Assembly (NCBI RefSeq): GCF_963676685.1
Contig: NC_092349.1
Location: 50,778,001-50,842,000, forward strand
From: Mytilus edulis
Taxonomy: Eukaryota
Direction of reading: 5' to 3'
Length of the DNA: 64,000 nucleotides
Part shown: positions 46,590 through 61,167 of the stretch, piece after piece
Layout of the letters: each line of letters begins with the position of its first letter
Numbering within the stretch: the stretch's first letter is position 1
Position numbers and translations under genes: made by a program
Notes under the pieces: generated by a model
Databases searched by the model: none
The model's input: only the letters and a program-made list of their open reading frames with translations
What the model was told of the DNA's origin: nothing

Positions 46590-48955
46590 TACAGACAGAG
46601 GTGAGAACTTAAGGTTTAGCAAGTGTGATGATGGCAGAGTTCCAAGGGAATTTCAAGAAATTTAAATTTCATACGAGTCCCAAGGTCCCTTGTTCAAAAC
46701 TTTACGACATCAATGTGCGTGCCGTATGGGGTAGTATGGTCACTGGCAATGGCCCATCACATTTGAATGAACTAATGGCCACAATGAATTCACCTGGTTT
46801 GTCTCAACCAACTTTTACATCAATTGAAACTGACATTGATGTTGAGCACTCTATATTGGGACGAGATATGAAGCTAGCAGGTCAAGAAGAAAGACGTTTG
46901 GCAATTGAAATGAATGATTACTATCATGAGGTTCCTGCTATTACAGTAATAGTAGATGGAGGTTGGTCAAAGAGGACTCATAAGCATACATATAATGCTG
47001 CAGGTGGGGTTGCTATTATAATTGGGAAAGAAACTAAGAAACTGCTACACATAGGTGTTCTGAATAAATACTGCTATATTTGCTGTCAGAATGACAATAA
47101 ACCCAACACATGCTTTAAGAATTGGGACAAAGATAGCCAGTCCATGGAAAGTGACATTATTTAGTAAGGGTTTAAACAGGCAGAAGAAAAACATGGTTTG
47201 CGGTACATAAGAGTGGTAGATGATGTGGACTCTTCAGTTGTTGCAACTATCAGGGATGGTGTGCCAGGATGGGGAAGACAGGTAACTAAGGAGGAATGCG
47301 CCAACCATATTATGTAAATGTTATCGTTCCAACTTGGAAAAGATGGTTACTGAAAACCCACTGTACAAAGGGAGACACCATTTGTCTAAAACAATGCGAG
47401 TGCGTCTGGTTAGTGCATAACGATGTGCCATCCGCTTTAGGTAAAACGAACTAAAAGAACAAACAGTAGATGTATCAATTGCAATTAAACGACTTCGCCA
47501 TGACATCATAAATTCGGTCAATCATAATTTTTGTCAACATGATCACTGTTCTGACTTCTGCCGCGCTAAAACCCAACAAAAAGATACATCACCTGATATT
47601 CATACATGTACCTCGTCAAATTCTGATCATTAAACAACATCTTCACCCACCATAATAGAAAACTCTGATGATCCAGATCGTTTAGATAGTCAGATAGATT
47701 TCTGGTCAGAAGGATCGTCCAAGTCCAGACTTGGTATAACCATACAGTACAGTAATGTAGAACAACATATAATTAAGGATGTCTTGCTTAACAGAATAGC
47801 TGAGAAATCTGACCGCCTTATCAGCAACATAACAACTAACCTGGCAGAGAGTTGGATGCACATCCGAACCAAATTTGATGGAGGAAAGGTTTTTAACCTT
47901 TGTAACCGTGGGTCATGGCATGCAAGATGCTATGGAGAAGCTCTTCGTATGAATTTAGGTCCACAGTGGTCATGTCAGGCTTGGGAAATTTGTACAGCGA
48001 CAGAACCAGGAAAACATTTTACAGCTAGGTACAAACGTAACGAACAGATGCTAAAAAGTCAAAGCCAGATGTCAAACAAAAAAGGTGGAAACAGAAAATC
48101 TCATCTCTGAAAGGCTGCACTACAAGGAAAGCTAGACAATCGTATGGTACAGATGTTATTGAGGTTAGTACTGATTTATCTACCACAGAGCTTGCAAAAC
48201 TTCAGAATGTTTTTTTGGATACACACATCAACTTTTCGGCAGATCAATGTAAACAAATTACACTATCAACATTTCAACAGTGTCAATCTGGTCTTTGGCA
48301 TTCTGAACGTCATAAAAGAATAACTGCTTTAAACGTTGGCTCTATCATTAGACGAAACCCATCTTTACCAATAAATAAATTTGTCCGTAATTTGCTGTAC
48401 TCCCAATTTAAAGGAAATAGGCATACAAGAAATGGCATTCTACAAGAAGATACCACCATAGAGGAATATAAGCTTAAGAAAGCAGAAGATAATGAGAATA
48501 TCTGTGTGAATAAAACCGGTCTTGTTATTCACCCAACCAACAAATGTTTAGCTGCTTGTCCAGACGGGATTGTTACACCATCAACTGACGGCACTGGACT
48601 TATTGAAATAAAAAACCTTTTGCATTCAAAACCAATCAACCTTTTTGAAGCTGGTAATTCAAACAATTTCTGCCTGATAACTGTCAATGGAAATTTGAAG
48701 TTGAAGGAAAATCACCCTTATTTTTTCCAATGCCATGGCCTTCTGAATGTGTGTCACAAACCATGGATAGACTTTGTTGTGCGTACACTGAATCCATATC
48801 AGATGTTCATACAGAGAATTTGTCGAGATGTTTGTCTGGGAGGAACAAAACTCTATTACCAAAACTCAAAGCTTTCTTCACTAAGGCACTTTTACCTGAA
48901 CTTGCCTCACCACGAAAAGAAAAGAGCCAAGGCATTCGTAAACCTGGAATATGGG
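46590..48955 (+). pseudogene. Kolobok-type DDE transposase fused to a YqaJ/lambda-exonuclease domain, disrupted
   Basis: DINVRAVW, ITVIVDGGWSKR..YNA.GGVAIIIG..T.K.L..NKYCYIC, CFKNW..S.SME, KHGLRY, KEECANH, TNLAESWM; then W..ER.KRITA, GLVIHP..LAA.PDG, LIEIK, HPYFFQ.HG.L, WIDFVV. Several stops and frameshifts. Element ends not resolved. Confidence 0.85.
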
Positions 48956-49066
48956 TGAATTCAATATTAAGTTTGAAATCAATCCAAAAACAGCCTTGTT
49001 TAAAATTCAGTTGTTTTCAGAACAACATTTGATTTAATGAACTTATCAGGGTACTTTTTTTTTTAT

Positions 49067-49615
49067 AAGAAACATCTTCCAATTATCTTGCATGTATACA
49101 GGTATTGTATAAAATTACCAGCCTATATCATTTTCTGTCATGCATGTATTGAAAAGAAACATCTTCCAATTATCTTACATCTACACAGGTATTGTATATA
49201 ATTGTCAGCTTATGTCATTTTCTGTCATGTGTGTATTGAGAAGAAACATCTTCCAATTTTCTTACATGTATACAGTAATTGTATAAAATTACCAGCCTAG
49301 GTCATTTTCTGTCATGCATGTATTGAGAAGAAACACCTTCCAATTTTCTTACATGTACATGTATACAGTTATTGTATAAAATTACCAGCCTAGGTCATTT
49401 TCTGTCATTCGTGTATTGAGAAGAAACATCTTCCAATTATCTTACATGTATACAGGTATTGTATATAATTGTCAGGCTATGTCATTTTCTGTCATGCATG
49501 TATTGAGAAGAAACATTTTCTAATTATATTTATACAGGCATGACAGGTATTTGATTCACTTTGTAATTGTCAGCCTCTGTCATTTGCATGTATTGAGAAG
49601 GAAAATCTTCCAATA
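49067..49615. repeat. 87-bp minisatellite, ~6 copies
   Basis: aagaaacatcttccaatt... recurs at 49067, 49154, 49241, 49328, 49421, 49508 and ~49598. Confidence 0.95.
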
Positions 49616-50216
49616 TTCATTATAGTACAAAATGTAGGTAATCCAATACAGTCTCAATTATAATGATTATAATTGAAAACATATATATATATATAATTAT
49701 ATTTTTATTTAGAAACAATACATATTATGAGAGGAGGTGAAATAGGTCGTATAATTTTTCTATACTCCTTAATTATTTTCCACAGATATACATAAATATT
49801 GATGACCAAGAGCCCAGAAATATAACTACCTCACAACTCTAAAAATATTAACGCCAAAAAAGACCTAATAGAAAACAACTCTAAAAATATTAACGCCAAA
49901 AAAGACCTAATAGAAAACATTTTTCACCAAAATCACATTGTTTGTCTATTCATTAAAATAGTGGTATAAACACACATTTTTAAAGTATTTTCCAGATCTC
50001 AGGATGAAAGGGAAACATTTTTTTTTTATATCAAAAGGGGTGTCTATTATATCATAACGATTTTCACTATGGAACAAACCAAATTTGACAATCATACAGC
50101 TTTTATTTTTATTATTCACAATATTGACATTATCATTGTGTGAGGTGTTGGTCTGAAACACTGAGTATATTAATGGAATATTCTTATGATATAACTTTTA
50201 TAATTTCATTTTGTTG

Positions 50217-50361
50217 ATTCCAAAACCAGTATAAAAAGAAAGAGGAAGATAATATCAGCTTCAACGAATAGAAGAAAGACCAAAATACAGAATCCAAGAC
50301 CAGAAACTGCATCAGATTCCAACACTCTTGAAGCTAAAGAAACTGCACAAATTAGGCTAAC
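50217..50361 (+). pseudogene. Putative basic linker exon (KRKRK, NLS-like) of the transposase gene
   Basis: Open frame KTSIKRKRKII...AQIRL ending in a phase-2 donor AC|gtatgt. The acceptor reads TG instead of AG. Confidence 0.5.
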
Positions 50362-51163
50362 GTATGTAATATTATATAATATCTAGTTACCCATAAATCC
50401 TACAAAATTTCATGATTTTTAATTCGAAATGTTATTGAAGTATGCACATCTACAAACAATGTATCATACCAATACATCTTACCAAATGTCAAAGCTGTTT
50501 CAGTAGTTGTGTTCACAATACATATCGATTAATTTTGAGATAGCGGTTACATTTTACTGAGAAAAATACATCATCCAATAGTTACATTTTTCCTTAAAAA
50601 AGGTACATCATCCAATAGTGGAGAACATAACAAGCTATCTAGAGGTCACATGTTGTTCTTAAACCCAAGTAAACAAACACAACTCATCACCGAAGATTGG
50701 TGCATTTCTTTGACAAGAATAAGATATATGAAAATTGTTGTTTTATTAATTTTTTTCCAATATAGTCATTATCAAAAAGTGGTACAATTTACATTAAAGA
50801 TGTACATTTAGCCATATTCATATGAACATTAATGAATTTATGCCATTTCAATATAAACATAGTTATATATATATATAGTTAAAACCAAAATTCATGTTGG
50901 GAAATGATCATGTGATTATCTTGTACACGACATGTACATGTTTGTACAAAACGAAAAACACATTTGTATTATGTAAGTTATGAGTACGCTTACACTATAT
51001 AGAACATCTTTCTTACTAGATGAGATACATTGTATGTATTGCATCTAAATATCTAATACAAGACATACAATGTACATGTATACCTTTTTAAAAGATAGAT
51101 ATATATTAAAAAAACAACTAAGTAACTTGTTGTTTTAATTTTTGTTAGTGAGTTTTTATTTAG

Positions 51164-51404
51164 GAGAGGAAGGCAGAAACAGACCAAATTTGTTGGACGT
51201 AGCAGGAAACAACAGTGGATAATTGACGAGGATGCAAACCATAAGGAATGGTATAAAGGAACAGTTGAGTCATTACTTAAAGGGACAGAGGGAAAATTGA
51301 ATGCAGTCTATGAAGTGTTGTTTGATGGAGATGATGATGTTTATGAAATTGACCATTTAGTTGCAGATTATCATTCTGGTTCTGTACAATTTTGTGACTT
51401 ATGA
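51164..51404 (+). CDS. Terminal exon encoding a Spin/Ssty (spindlin)-like Tudor domain, probably the transposase C-terminus
   Basis: tttag| phase-2 acceptor, then open frame RGRQKQTKFVGRSRKQQWIIDEDANHKEWYKGTVESLLKGTEGKLNAVYEVLFDGDDDVYEIDHLVADYHSGSVQFCDL*. Resembles the spindlin repeat pattern VG....W....WKGTV....Y.I.YDG....Y..L..DY..G. Absent from the ORF track. Confidence 0.65.
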
Positions 51405-53949
51405 TAACCATAAAACACTTACAATGTTTGACTTTTAGAAATATCCCGATAATAGTTTTGAAGTAACACAGCAGGGGAATCCGAATCCAGACACATTCTT
51501 TTTTCATTTCATGTAGTACGAATAGTCATAAAAAAATTCTGAGAGCCAGATTTGATTCTTACATAATATATTTTCTAGTTCTAAATTATCAGTCATTTAT
51601 ATAAATAAACTATTATAGGTATTTGTCAACATTTGAAATGGCGTTTGTGTAATTTGCAGCTTGCATTTTTATTTAATACAATAAAATAAGGTTAATATCC
51701 ACATACCTCAAATATGTATAGTGATTGATTTTTTAAATACAATGCAGATTATAGGTCTTAAACTGTAAATGAAATTCCTAAGTCAACAATAAGGTGAAAC
51801 TGATTGTGATACAATAATTGCAAATTTATCACAATGTCTATAATAACATCTAAGTGTCCATCAAAAATAATAGCCTTCTTTATACACTTATTTCGGATTC
51901 AAAACAGATAGGTAATTCCAAATCCATCTCACAGGAAATCATAATCAGTCATGTCAGTACAACCTTCAAATAAAATATTGAAATATATGAAACTATTGCA
52001 TTGCATTATTAAAAATACATGTTGAAGTTCATTTTTGAAACATTCAAATTGCAATTTGATGAGACAAAATTTACCATCTATAATAAACATGTAAATTTTT
52101 ATCATGGTATCTTTGTTACTGTATATCTTAAATAAAAGTAACAAATATCTATAATAAAGCCCATACTACATAGTCAGCTATAAGAGGCCATGAACCAACA
52201 AATGTAAAAACAAATAAAATGAGAAGACTAATGGCATTAGTTATGTACAAAATTGAGGGAAAAACAAATATGTAACACATAAACCAAAGACAACCACGGA
52301 ATTACAGGCTTCTGACTTGGGAGACACATATATACTGAATGTAGCAGGGTTAAACATGTTAGCTGGATCCCAACACTCCCCCTAACCTGAGATAGTGGTG
52401 TAACAGTACAACATAAGAATGAACTATAAAAATCAGTAGAAAAAAGCTTAACTCATCAGATGGATACAAATAGAAATAAATCCAACAAAAAACACAGAGA
52501 GGATGTGGGAGTTTAATTGTACATCCCAACAACTAGGAGGACACTACATACTGATCCTAAAGTACAAGAAGTTACTGACAGCTATTTCGAAACCACTGAC
52601 AACGAATGAACAAAATCATGCATCTAAGACGCAATTATCAATCAATAAAAAATGAGAATACACATCATAAACAGTCACACAGTCAGAGAAACACATGACC
52701 TAAAAAAAAAAGGTACCCTTAATTTGTGTGGGCACATAATAAATTGTGGTATTGGCAAAATTTAGCTGACAAAGTCGTATGTTTCATTCTTTTCATTATG
52801 ATGTTGACATAAAGACTGTTGATTATGCTTGGTTATTGTGTATAAAGATATCCAAAGCAAGCACCATATGTTGAATAGGTGATCTTGTAGCTCACTTAAA
52901 CAGATCAAAAATATATCTTATGTTGAAGTTCTTGTTGTTAGCTCTCAATTTCCTTTTTGTATTTCATTTTTGGAGTTGGTAATGATTCATTGACCCATAT
53001 CTGTTTTATATATATAATGTCTAAAAAAAAAAAGAAGCAACAATCAACATTCAATCAACTTAGTTGTGGATCAGTTTGTGCAAATAAAGTCTTTGAAACT
53101 TTCAGGAAGCTGGAATTCTTAGATAAAAAAAAATCTTTTTTTGTAGCACTTATTGGAGGCAATACATCACCTATAGATACTCTGCCCAGAACTATGTAAA
53201 TATACAATCTATAAAAAAAGAACACAAACGTGGGAAATATATATCTTTAGCCATTTGTAACTTTTGTTTATGATTTTAGCTTAAAATATCAGGTACAAAA
53301 CCTTGAATCAAATAAAAGAAGGCCATACAAAACTATATACCCTAGTATATACTGAATTATTTCTTCAATCTGACTTAAAATGTTGGAATACACGAAGGGA
53401 CCAAGAGTGGACAGTATTGATAAGGAAAATAGCAAAAACCTATTTTTCCTAGCTTAAATTCATGAAGCTGTAATTAATTTAATGTGCCCATAGTAACAAA
53501 GTATTTTTTTTTATTCTGTATAGATGAGGTTTTTATATGTAACATCACTCCCCCTCTTTTTTTAAAAAGGTGGTTTAAAATTTGAAAAGCACTGAAGTCT
53601 TTAAAACATGTAATTTAGAATAAACATCTTCCTATTTCTATTTACATCAATGTTTGTATAGTGTGTTAATTTTATTTCTAAAACATTTATATTAATATAT
53701 ACTAGTTTTCACAATATGGCCCTCCATACTTTAAACAAAAAAGTAGTTCCTCATCAAATATGGCCGACTATTTTATTTTATGAAAGAAAAGTTGTAATGG
53801 CCAAACATGCTTTTATGGTTGCATTTTATTCAAAATAAATAATAGCTTGTACTACAAATTTCTATTCTCTATAGTTTTATTCATATTTTTCAGAATTTTG
53901 TGTACCTGGAAATGCTGTGGATTTATTCAAAAAGCTATTAAGATGATGA

Positions 53950-54300
53950 ACAACGTCAGTACCTATTACCTATACTTCAAGACTATCATATGCCTTTTAT
54001 AAAGTTGTATCGGAAATTTATCAACAAGGTCTTGGAACCTTCTTGTGAATTTTATTTTAGAAAAAAAGATGAGGGTTCTTTGACATTACCCTTTTTCATC
54101 AACATGATGCTCTGACACTGGTGACATTTTACATAGTCTGAGTAGAAGCTGCAATATCTGGAATATCGACAGAGTGTTGATATGTCTATCCCATATGCAG
54201 GTAAAGTTGGTACATGTACATTGCAACTTAGGTGGGAAAACTTGATAATTTTAAAATTAAAATCGTTTGTTATAGATTCTGGTTCTGAGCTGACCGCTTA
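53950..54300 (-). mobile_element. Decayed Penelope-like RT C-terminal fragment
   Basis: PAYGIDISTLCRYSRYCSFYSDYV on the minus strand. Confidence 0.65.
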
Positions 54301-55736
54301 CGTCGAATTCGTTGTATACATATAAATATAAAGCAGAGGAAACCAAAGAGTTCCAACGAGATAGTACAAGGGGTACATCGTTACAAAACAAGGAGTTTGT
54401 CCATTTGTCTTTCCGGAAATACAGAAACGATTGTTATTTAATGGTTTTAAAACACGAAAAAACGAACCAAGTGCAAATGAAATATCAAATGTTTTGAAAT
54501 CATGACTAAAAAAGTCTTTAAAAAACTGTAAACGTGTGCAAGAGATTCCCGATGATGTTGTTTAGGTTAAGGGAATACATATAATAAGAAAAAAGTCCAT
54601 ATACAGATAGTTTTTTTATGGATCATCTGTGGTCAGAACTTTTGTAAATAGGCTATATGGACATTAAGCTATTGATGAAATTCGGAAGAATATATTTTTG
54701 TATGCTATTTTTCTAGCTAGCCAAAAGTAAAATAAGTAAGGTTTTGTACCCCCCCCCCCCCCCCCCCCTTTTGATGCTGTTATCTTTCCGTTGTATGCGA
54801 CTGAATGCGATACATTTGTTTGACTTTTGTATCGGAGCATACAGCGTAAATTCATTATACTGATTTTCTATTATTTAAACATGGTAAATGATGGTAACGC
54901 AGCAGATAAGATAATAACTGTAAACCCTTAAAGTATTTTATCATCATTTTTTGTAATGTAGTTGCAACAAAAGAGATTACCGATCCCATATCGTAAATCT
55001 CTGTTTTGATTCATTGTTATAATCACGATTTCGTTCTAAAATGCGTGCAATATTTGCCACTGGAATCACAGCAACAAACAATCAATCAATCAATAACTCA
55101 AATAGGTGTATCGTTTGTATTTTTCATATACAGCAATCAACTGTTGGTTAAAAAATTAAACCAAAACAAGGTAATGCTGTGGAACATGTACATGAATCGT
55201 TACAACACGAATTTGAAACGAAAAGATTGACTAACAAAAGTAAATTATATATTCAATTGTCACACATGTGGTTTTGTTTGTAGTCTTTATACATATTATA
55301 TAAGACTTATTGTAAGACTTATCACACTTACTATATAACGACTGATAAATTATTGTATATGTACTTGGCAATTGTTCAACATGTCACGCTAGAGATGTAT
55401 TTCGAAGTAACACCGTGTTCTTCGAATTATTCTTCGAGTTCTTGGTAATGAACCCTCTCAAAAAGTTGGCTAGGCCGTTACATTTACATTGTTAGATGAT
55501 TAATTATTGCAGATGTTTTTGTTTGTTTGATGTATACACATGTGACTTGTAACATTCTTCTGTACTGTATATCAAAGAACAGGGTTGCAGTTTGTTGAAG
55601 TTGCAATACTAAAACTACAGGTCATTTGCACATAATAAATGTACTGTCAATTCAAGGTACACAATGTTTTAAATACTTACTTAAAAATATACTTTTTACT
55701 TAAGTGTTTTAAAATACATAAATTATTCATGGATAT

Positions 55737-57407
55737 CACTACAAACCATTCAAGTCTGAAATGGCCTATATCTGTACTCGACTGAACTGATTTTTACTCG
55801 ACCAGTCTGAATTGGTCTGACTTTTCCTTGACATTACTCGACCCCAGTCTGAACCATACTTGACTGTACTGGATCGTACTTGACCCTTATCTTTGCAGTT
55901 GAAAATAGTCTGAACTATTACTCGACCAGTCTGAAACAGTCTTAACCCATTCTCGACTTGTACTCGACCTATTTTTCCAGTCTGAACCATACTTAACCAA
56001 AGGTCTGAACAGTACTCGACCAGTCTGAACCATACAAGACCAAAAAACTCTACTTTTTTAACTGTTAAAATAAATTTCTATTTAATGACATATATAACAA
56101 CAGCCAACAAAATTTATAAAAAAATTTAACCTTATATTAGAAATATATGTATGATTATATTTAGGATGAAAAAAAATATATTATATAAAACTTATATCAA
56201 AAAGGGATAATATTAAATAAATAAATAAAATTGTTTTTCTGATTAGTGGTGAAATATAATGAATAACCTCTGCTTGTGGCAAACTCATTAATAAGATTAC
56301 ACCTGGTCAGAGGTATTAAATTCTAAAAATCCTGTTTAAGTTAAATAACAAGGCCTTTCAAATATACATGTATGTACTAAATAAGTAATACACGAATTGA
56401 AGAAAATAGGGCTTTCTTTTTACCTGTAAAACACACATGTAGTGAGGTAATTAGAACAAGTGCTTTCTGTATGCCATGTTAATTTGACAAAAAAAAATAC
56501 TTAAATTAATTGAAATAAATTTCTACTGTTACTTTGGAATACATTTCTTTTTTTAAAAAGGTTATCAAGGATTGCTATGAAAATTCTATTATCATGATTA
56601 CATTAAATTCTTGGTTTAATAAAACAAAACAATTAAGCTTTATTTTTTTAAATTTATTAAGTTGTTTTATATACTATTTTATATATATATTAATAAAAAA
56701 AAAAAACATTCACTGCATTATTAATTCAACTCAACTAAATCTTTACTAGGTTTAAGTTAATGGTGAAAATAGTTCAGTTACCATAAAATACTTCCGAAGT
56801 ATTCATAAAATTTTGAATGAATATTGACAATATTAGTCATTTGTTAGTCACAATTCATTTTTTTAGATTATATGATCAGCTTGTTTTATTTATATTTTAA
56901 AAGTTGATATATATTTTTACGTAAGTGTTGATTAATATTGTGTTGAGGTTATATTATGATTGATTATTGTGAAATTTTAATTTCAATACTGTATTGAATA
57001 CATTTTTAATTTCAATTTGTTGTTCAAATTTCATTTTTATTTAAAAAAAATCCTAAATTGACTAAATTCAGTTGATAGATACAAAGAATATGTCTAGGTT
57101 GGTTAAGACTTGGTCGAGTATGGTTCAGACTAGGTCGAGTATGGTTAAGACTTGGTCGAGTATGGTTCCGACTAGGTCGAGTATGGTTCAGACTAGGTCC
57201 ATTACGGTTCAGACTAGGTCGAGTACGGTTCAGACTAGTATAAAATGGTTAAGTACTGGTCAAGTACACATTCAGACTGTTAAGTATGGTTCAGACTACA
57301 GTCGAGTATTATCAAGTAGATCTCAGACGAATTCAGACTGGTCGAGTAAAAATCAGTACAGTCGAGTACAGATATAGGCCATTTCAGACTTTTAATGGTT
57401 TGTAGTG
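55737..57407. mobile_element. Non-autonomous CACTA/EnSpm element, 1671 bp
   Basis: TAT|CACTACAAACCATT...AATGGTTTGTAGTG|TAT. TIRs >100 bp, 3-bp TSD, 21-bp subterminal repeats (ggtcgagtatggttcagacta) in opposite orientation at the two ends, non-coding AT-rich core. Confidence 0.92.
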
Positions 57408-60400
57408 TATAGGAAGATGTGGTGTGAATGCCAATGAGACAACTCTCCATCCAAATGACAATTTATAAAAGTAAACCATTAGAGGTCAATATACGGCCTT
57501 CAACACCGAACAACAAGCTATAAAGGGCCCTTAAATTACTAGTGTTAAACCATTCAAACGGGAAAACCAACAGTCTAATCTACATAAAAAAACGAGAAAC
57601 GAGAAACACGTATAAATTACATAAACAAACGACAACAGATTCCCGACTTATGACAGTTGAAAACATTTGCAGCGGGATAAAACGTTTTAATGGTACCAAA
57701 CTTTCACCCTTTTTCTGAAACAATAGTATAACATACAACATAGAATAAACACACGATACAATATCAATTAGAAGGCTACACACAATCGAAAAACGTAAAT
57801 TAACACACAATGAACGATTAAATTTGATCTGCGGTACCTGAATGCAAATACATAGTTAGTAAAATATTAGGGACAAACATTCAAGGCCAAAAAGCAAACA
57901 AACAAGTCCAAACAAAGCCATGGCAAGACACTACCTCCAAATATTTTAAAAGACCCTTAGAAAATAATCACTTTTGAAAAAAAAACTGTTTTCATAATGT
58001 ATACAGGTAAATGAAAAAAAAATGTCGTTTTAGGTATACTACTTCTGTGTATATAAAATTTCCCAATAATTAGGAATACCAAGAACGTTCTGGCATATAA
58101 ATACCTAGTTTAACACTAGATACGTATGGGATGAATATCAACAATAATGCATATATTGATATATTTATATTTGAATATTTCATCACTAGATATTACTTGA
58201 TTTATTTCAATGGCTGGGCGGGGTTTAACAGGTTCGCTTATCATAGAATAGTTCATCTATAAATAGATGAGTTGGGATAAATTCATCAATTCAGTGTCAA
58301 ATTATTTGTCCCATAACATACACTCAGTTTTTTTCTATATCCGTTTGGTGACACTGATAGGTGATAAAAAATCAATAATAATTATAACGGCAATCATCCT
58401 TATTGCACACATCTACAAATAGACTGTCCTTCTGCAAATTAAAAAGTAAGCTCCGCCCGATCAGTTGAAATGACATTGGTAATAACATGACCGAAATACC
58501 ATTATTGAAGTTAGCATGGGTCAAACTCTTAATTTTATGTTAAAGTCTTTAAATTGGATAAAGTGAATATGTCTCCTGCACTTTTATTTTTGTTATACAA
58601 AACTATTTGATTCACATCGAATACTTGAACACAATTGAAATCATTGTTTAATTGCAATAAATGCCATTTTTTCATAACACGTTTCATTTTTTTTAATTGT
58701 ATGCATATATAGGTTGTAGTTAATTGGTTGTCAATTGTATAGGATATTTTGTTTTCTCCTTTTGCTTTGTATTCTGTAATAATTCAGTAAGGCCAAGTGA
58801 TAAAGGACTAGAAAAGTTATCACATTTTCTATAAGTTATTATAATCCTATAACCCTTGTAAGTTAATTGTTAAAAAGATGAAACTATATTTTCTATCAAA
58901 TAGTATCTATACTATGAAATGAGATGACCTCATTTTGTGTGTCGCTTCTCTTCCTTCCACTGAGTCTCTATGTGATAAAGCAGTGACCTTTTATAGTAAT
59001 TATAGTATATGTATGTTCATAGTATACAGAAAAACAAAAAACAAAAAATATCGGTCTTTGGAAAAAAGGGGGAGGACTATTTCTTTTTATCCGACAACAG
59101 TTTACATACGATCTAAATGCCTGCGTATTCCCGGATGTATTCAAGTTTCTGCTATAGGTATAGCAATATAGGATTAAAGATATAAAACGGTTGTAGAAAA
59201 TATTACATCTGATAATCAGATATATATTTATATGTGTATTCATATTCTTCTATATCATAAAAATTTAAAGCAAATAAAATAAACTAACCTTTTCCTTGTC
59301 TGTTGAGGGTTGGTTACCGTACTGGATATAAGTTACCAATGTATTCATACACGTTTCCTGGTGTTAATTGTTGTTTAAATCCTTTTCAGTTTAATAATAA
59401 TTAACATATCGTGCTTATTCTTCTGTTCACAAAGGCTGTCCTCAATCATGACAATTTAAAGTCCAATCTAAATAATAAAATATAATTATGTGACTGAGTT
59501 GTTTGACAAGATAATTAAGATGACGCGTCGAAATGTTAACTCTTTATCATTTCGGAATCCAAATAATGTAGGTATCTTTATTGTTGACATATATATAATT
59601 TAGCATATTTACCTGACAATATCTGGATATTGGTATTTAGCCAAATCTAAACCCGAATTGGTGATACATTTAAAATTACAAAAATGGATTTAATGTCAAC
59701 AAACTCGGAATGTTTTAGCTTTTAATAAATGTATATTTGGATAAGTAGATGCAAGCATACGAGGTCAAATCGTGTCTTATACTGTATCAATGTGTAAACA
59801 CATTAATAATGAGCTATGAAAATCAAATGAGTCGTGCATTCTCCCCCGAGTAGTTTTTCTAAAATAAAGCAAGCAAATATATTTCACTGTGGGTTAGCAT
59901 TCATTTGCTGTCACTACATTATAGATTTACAACCGTTGGTTATAATGGTAATTTAGAATCGTCATTTAAAGTGGAGCACAAATTGGTGTTAATTAATTCT
60001 TTTGATGTGTCATTTGTATGCTAGAGTTACATTTCTTTGTACTATGTTCCATTCCAAAGTCAAGTTTGTTGATTGTCCGCCTTGAACAGGGTCATAATTT
60101 CTCTTTCCGTCTTGTTATGTTATTGATTTTTAAATCATTACAAAATTTATAAATGTACTAGATCGTAGTATTTTTTTTATTAATTCATTAAAGACATATA
60201 TGCATATCTTTAATTTAATCTATTTCTTTAGTAATGTTTAAAACTAGTAGATACCAACATACAGAATTATTTTATTATCTTATAAATATTATTTTGTTAC
60301 ATCTAGATATACTAACTTTGTAAGACCGTCATACGTGTGCAAGGACATTTGGAACATCATTGGGTTTATTAATGGGATGAAAAAAAATACTCTAGAATTA

Positions 60401-61167
60401 CAGATCTAGAATCTTTTTCCAATTATTAATCAAAAATTCTTTTTCAGCCGTTTTCTGGTTTGGTTGTCTCCTTTTATTATGATGTGCAGTTGAATAACAC
60501 ATGTTCCTTTTACTGTCAAGAATACAATGTTTTAAATTGATGTATGCATCCTATAATCTTCAACAGCATTGATCCTGCTACTTGAAAAAAATTGTGCTGC
60601 TTTCAAATGGTGTTTCAAACTATGTCAGCACTCGAATGAAGCTGAGAAGTGTAACACACACTAACAAAAACACACATATGCAAAAACACAAAACAAAAAG
60701 AATACCATAGCAATCACTTTATTTCAGAAACATTAAGTTATGTCATATTCTTTGGTGAAAAGGTATAATTTGAACCTACACAAGTTTTTGAAAGAGACTA
60801 TAAATGAAAACCGAATTATATATTGTCTCCCCATAATGAAAGATTGCTGAGAAAATTAACCAGAGATATCAAACATTAAACACAGAGAGGGATTAGCAAA
60901 CATTTATTAATTATAGTTTGATAAACGTCAAAACAATTTTCCTTTAAAAATGAATATTCCTTTATTCCAATATAAAGATTTTGTTAGCTTAATTCACTGA
61001 CCGGAATAGAATTAAAAAAAAATACGAAACGAAGTTACCAAATTTAGAAAAACTTAAATTATTCCTTGATAAAAAAAACATCAACTAACATTTGGTGCAT
61101 CGAAAATCAAATACAGGTATGAAAGCGACAAGTATGGAACGCCACAGCTGTCTTATGTGGTTCTCTG

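Noticed and set aside
49067-49615. CRISPR array (also considered for 57100-57240 and 61168-61660)
   Set aside because: Units are contiguous tandem copies with no unique spacers, there are no cas genes, and the context is eukaryotic.
52850-53200. Second, antisense Kolobok accessory gene (also ORF 49946-50161)
   Set aside because: Coding-like patches exist but with no recognisable motif or consistent frame.
57072-57377. Repetitive protein (SSMVQTR)n
   Set aside because: It is the translation of the 21-bp CACTA subterminal repeats.
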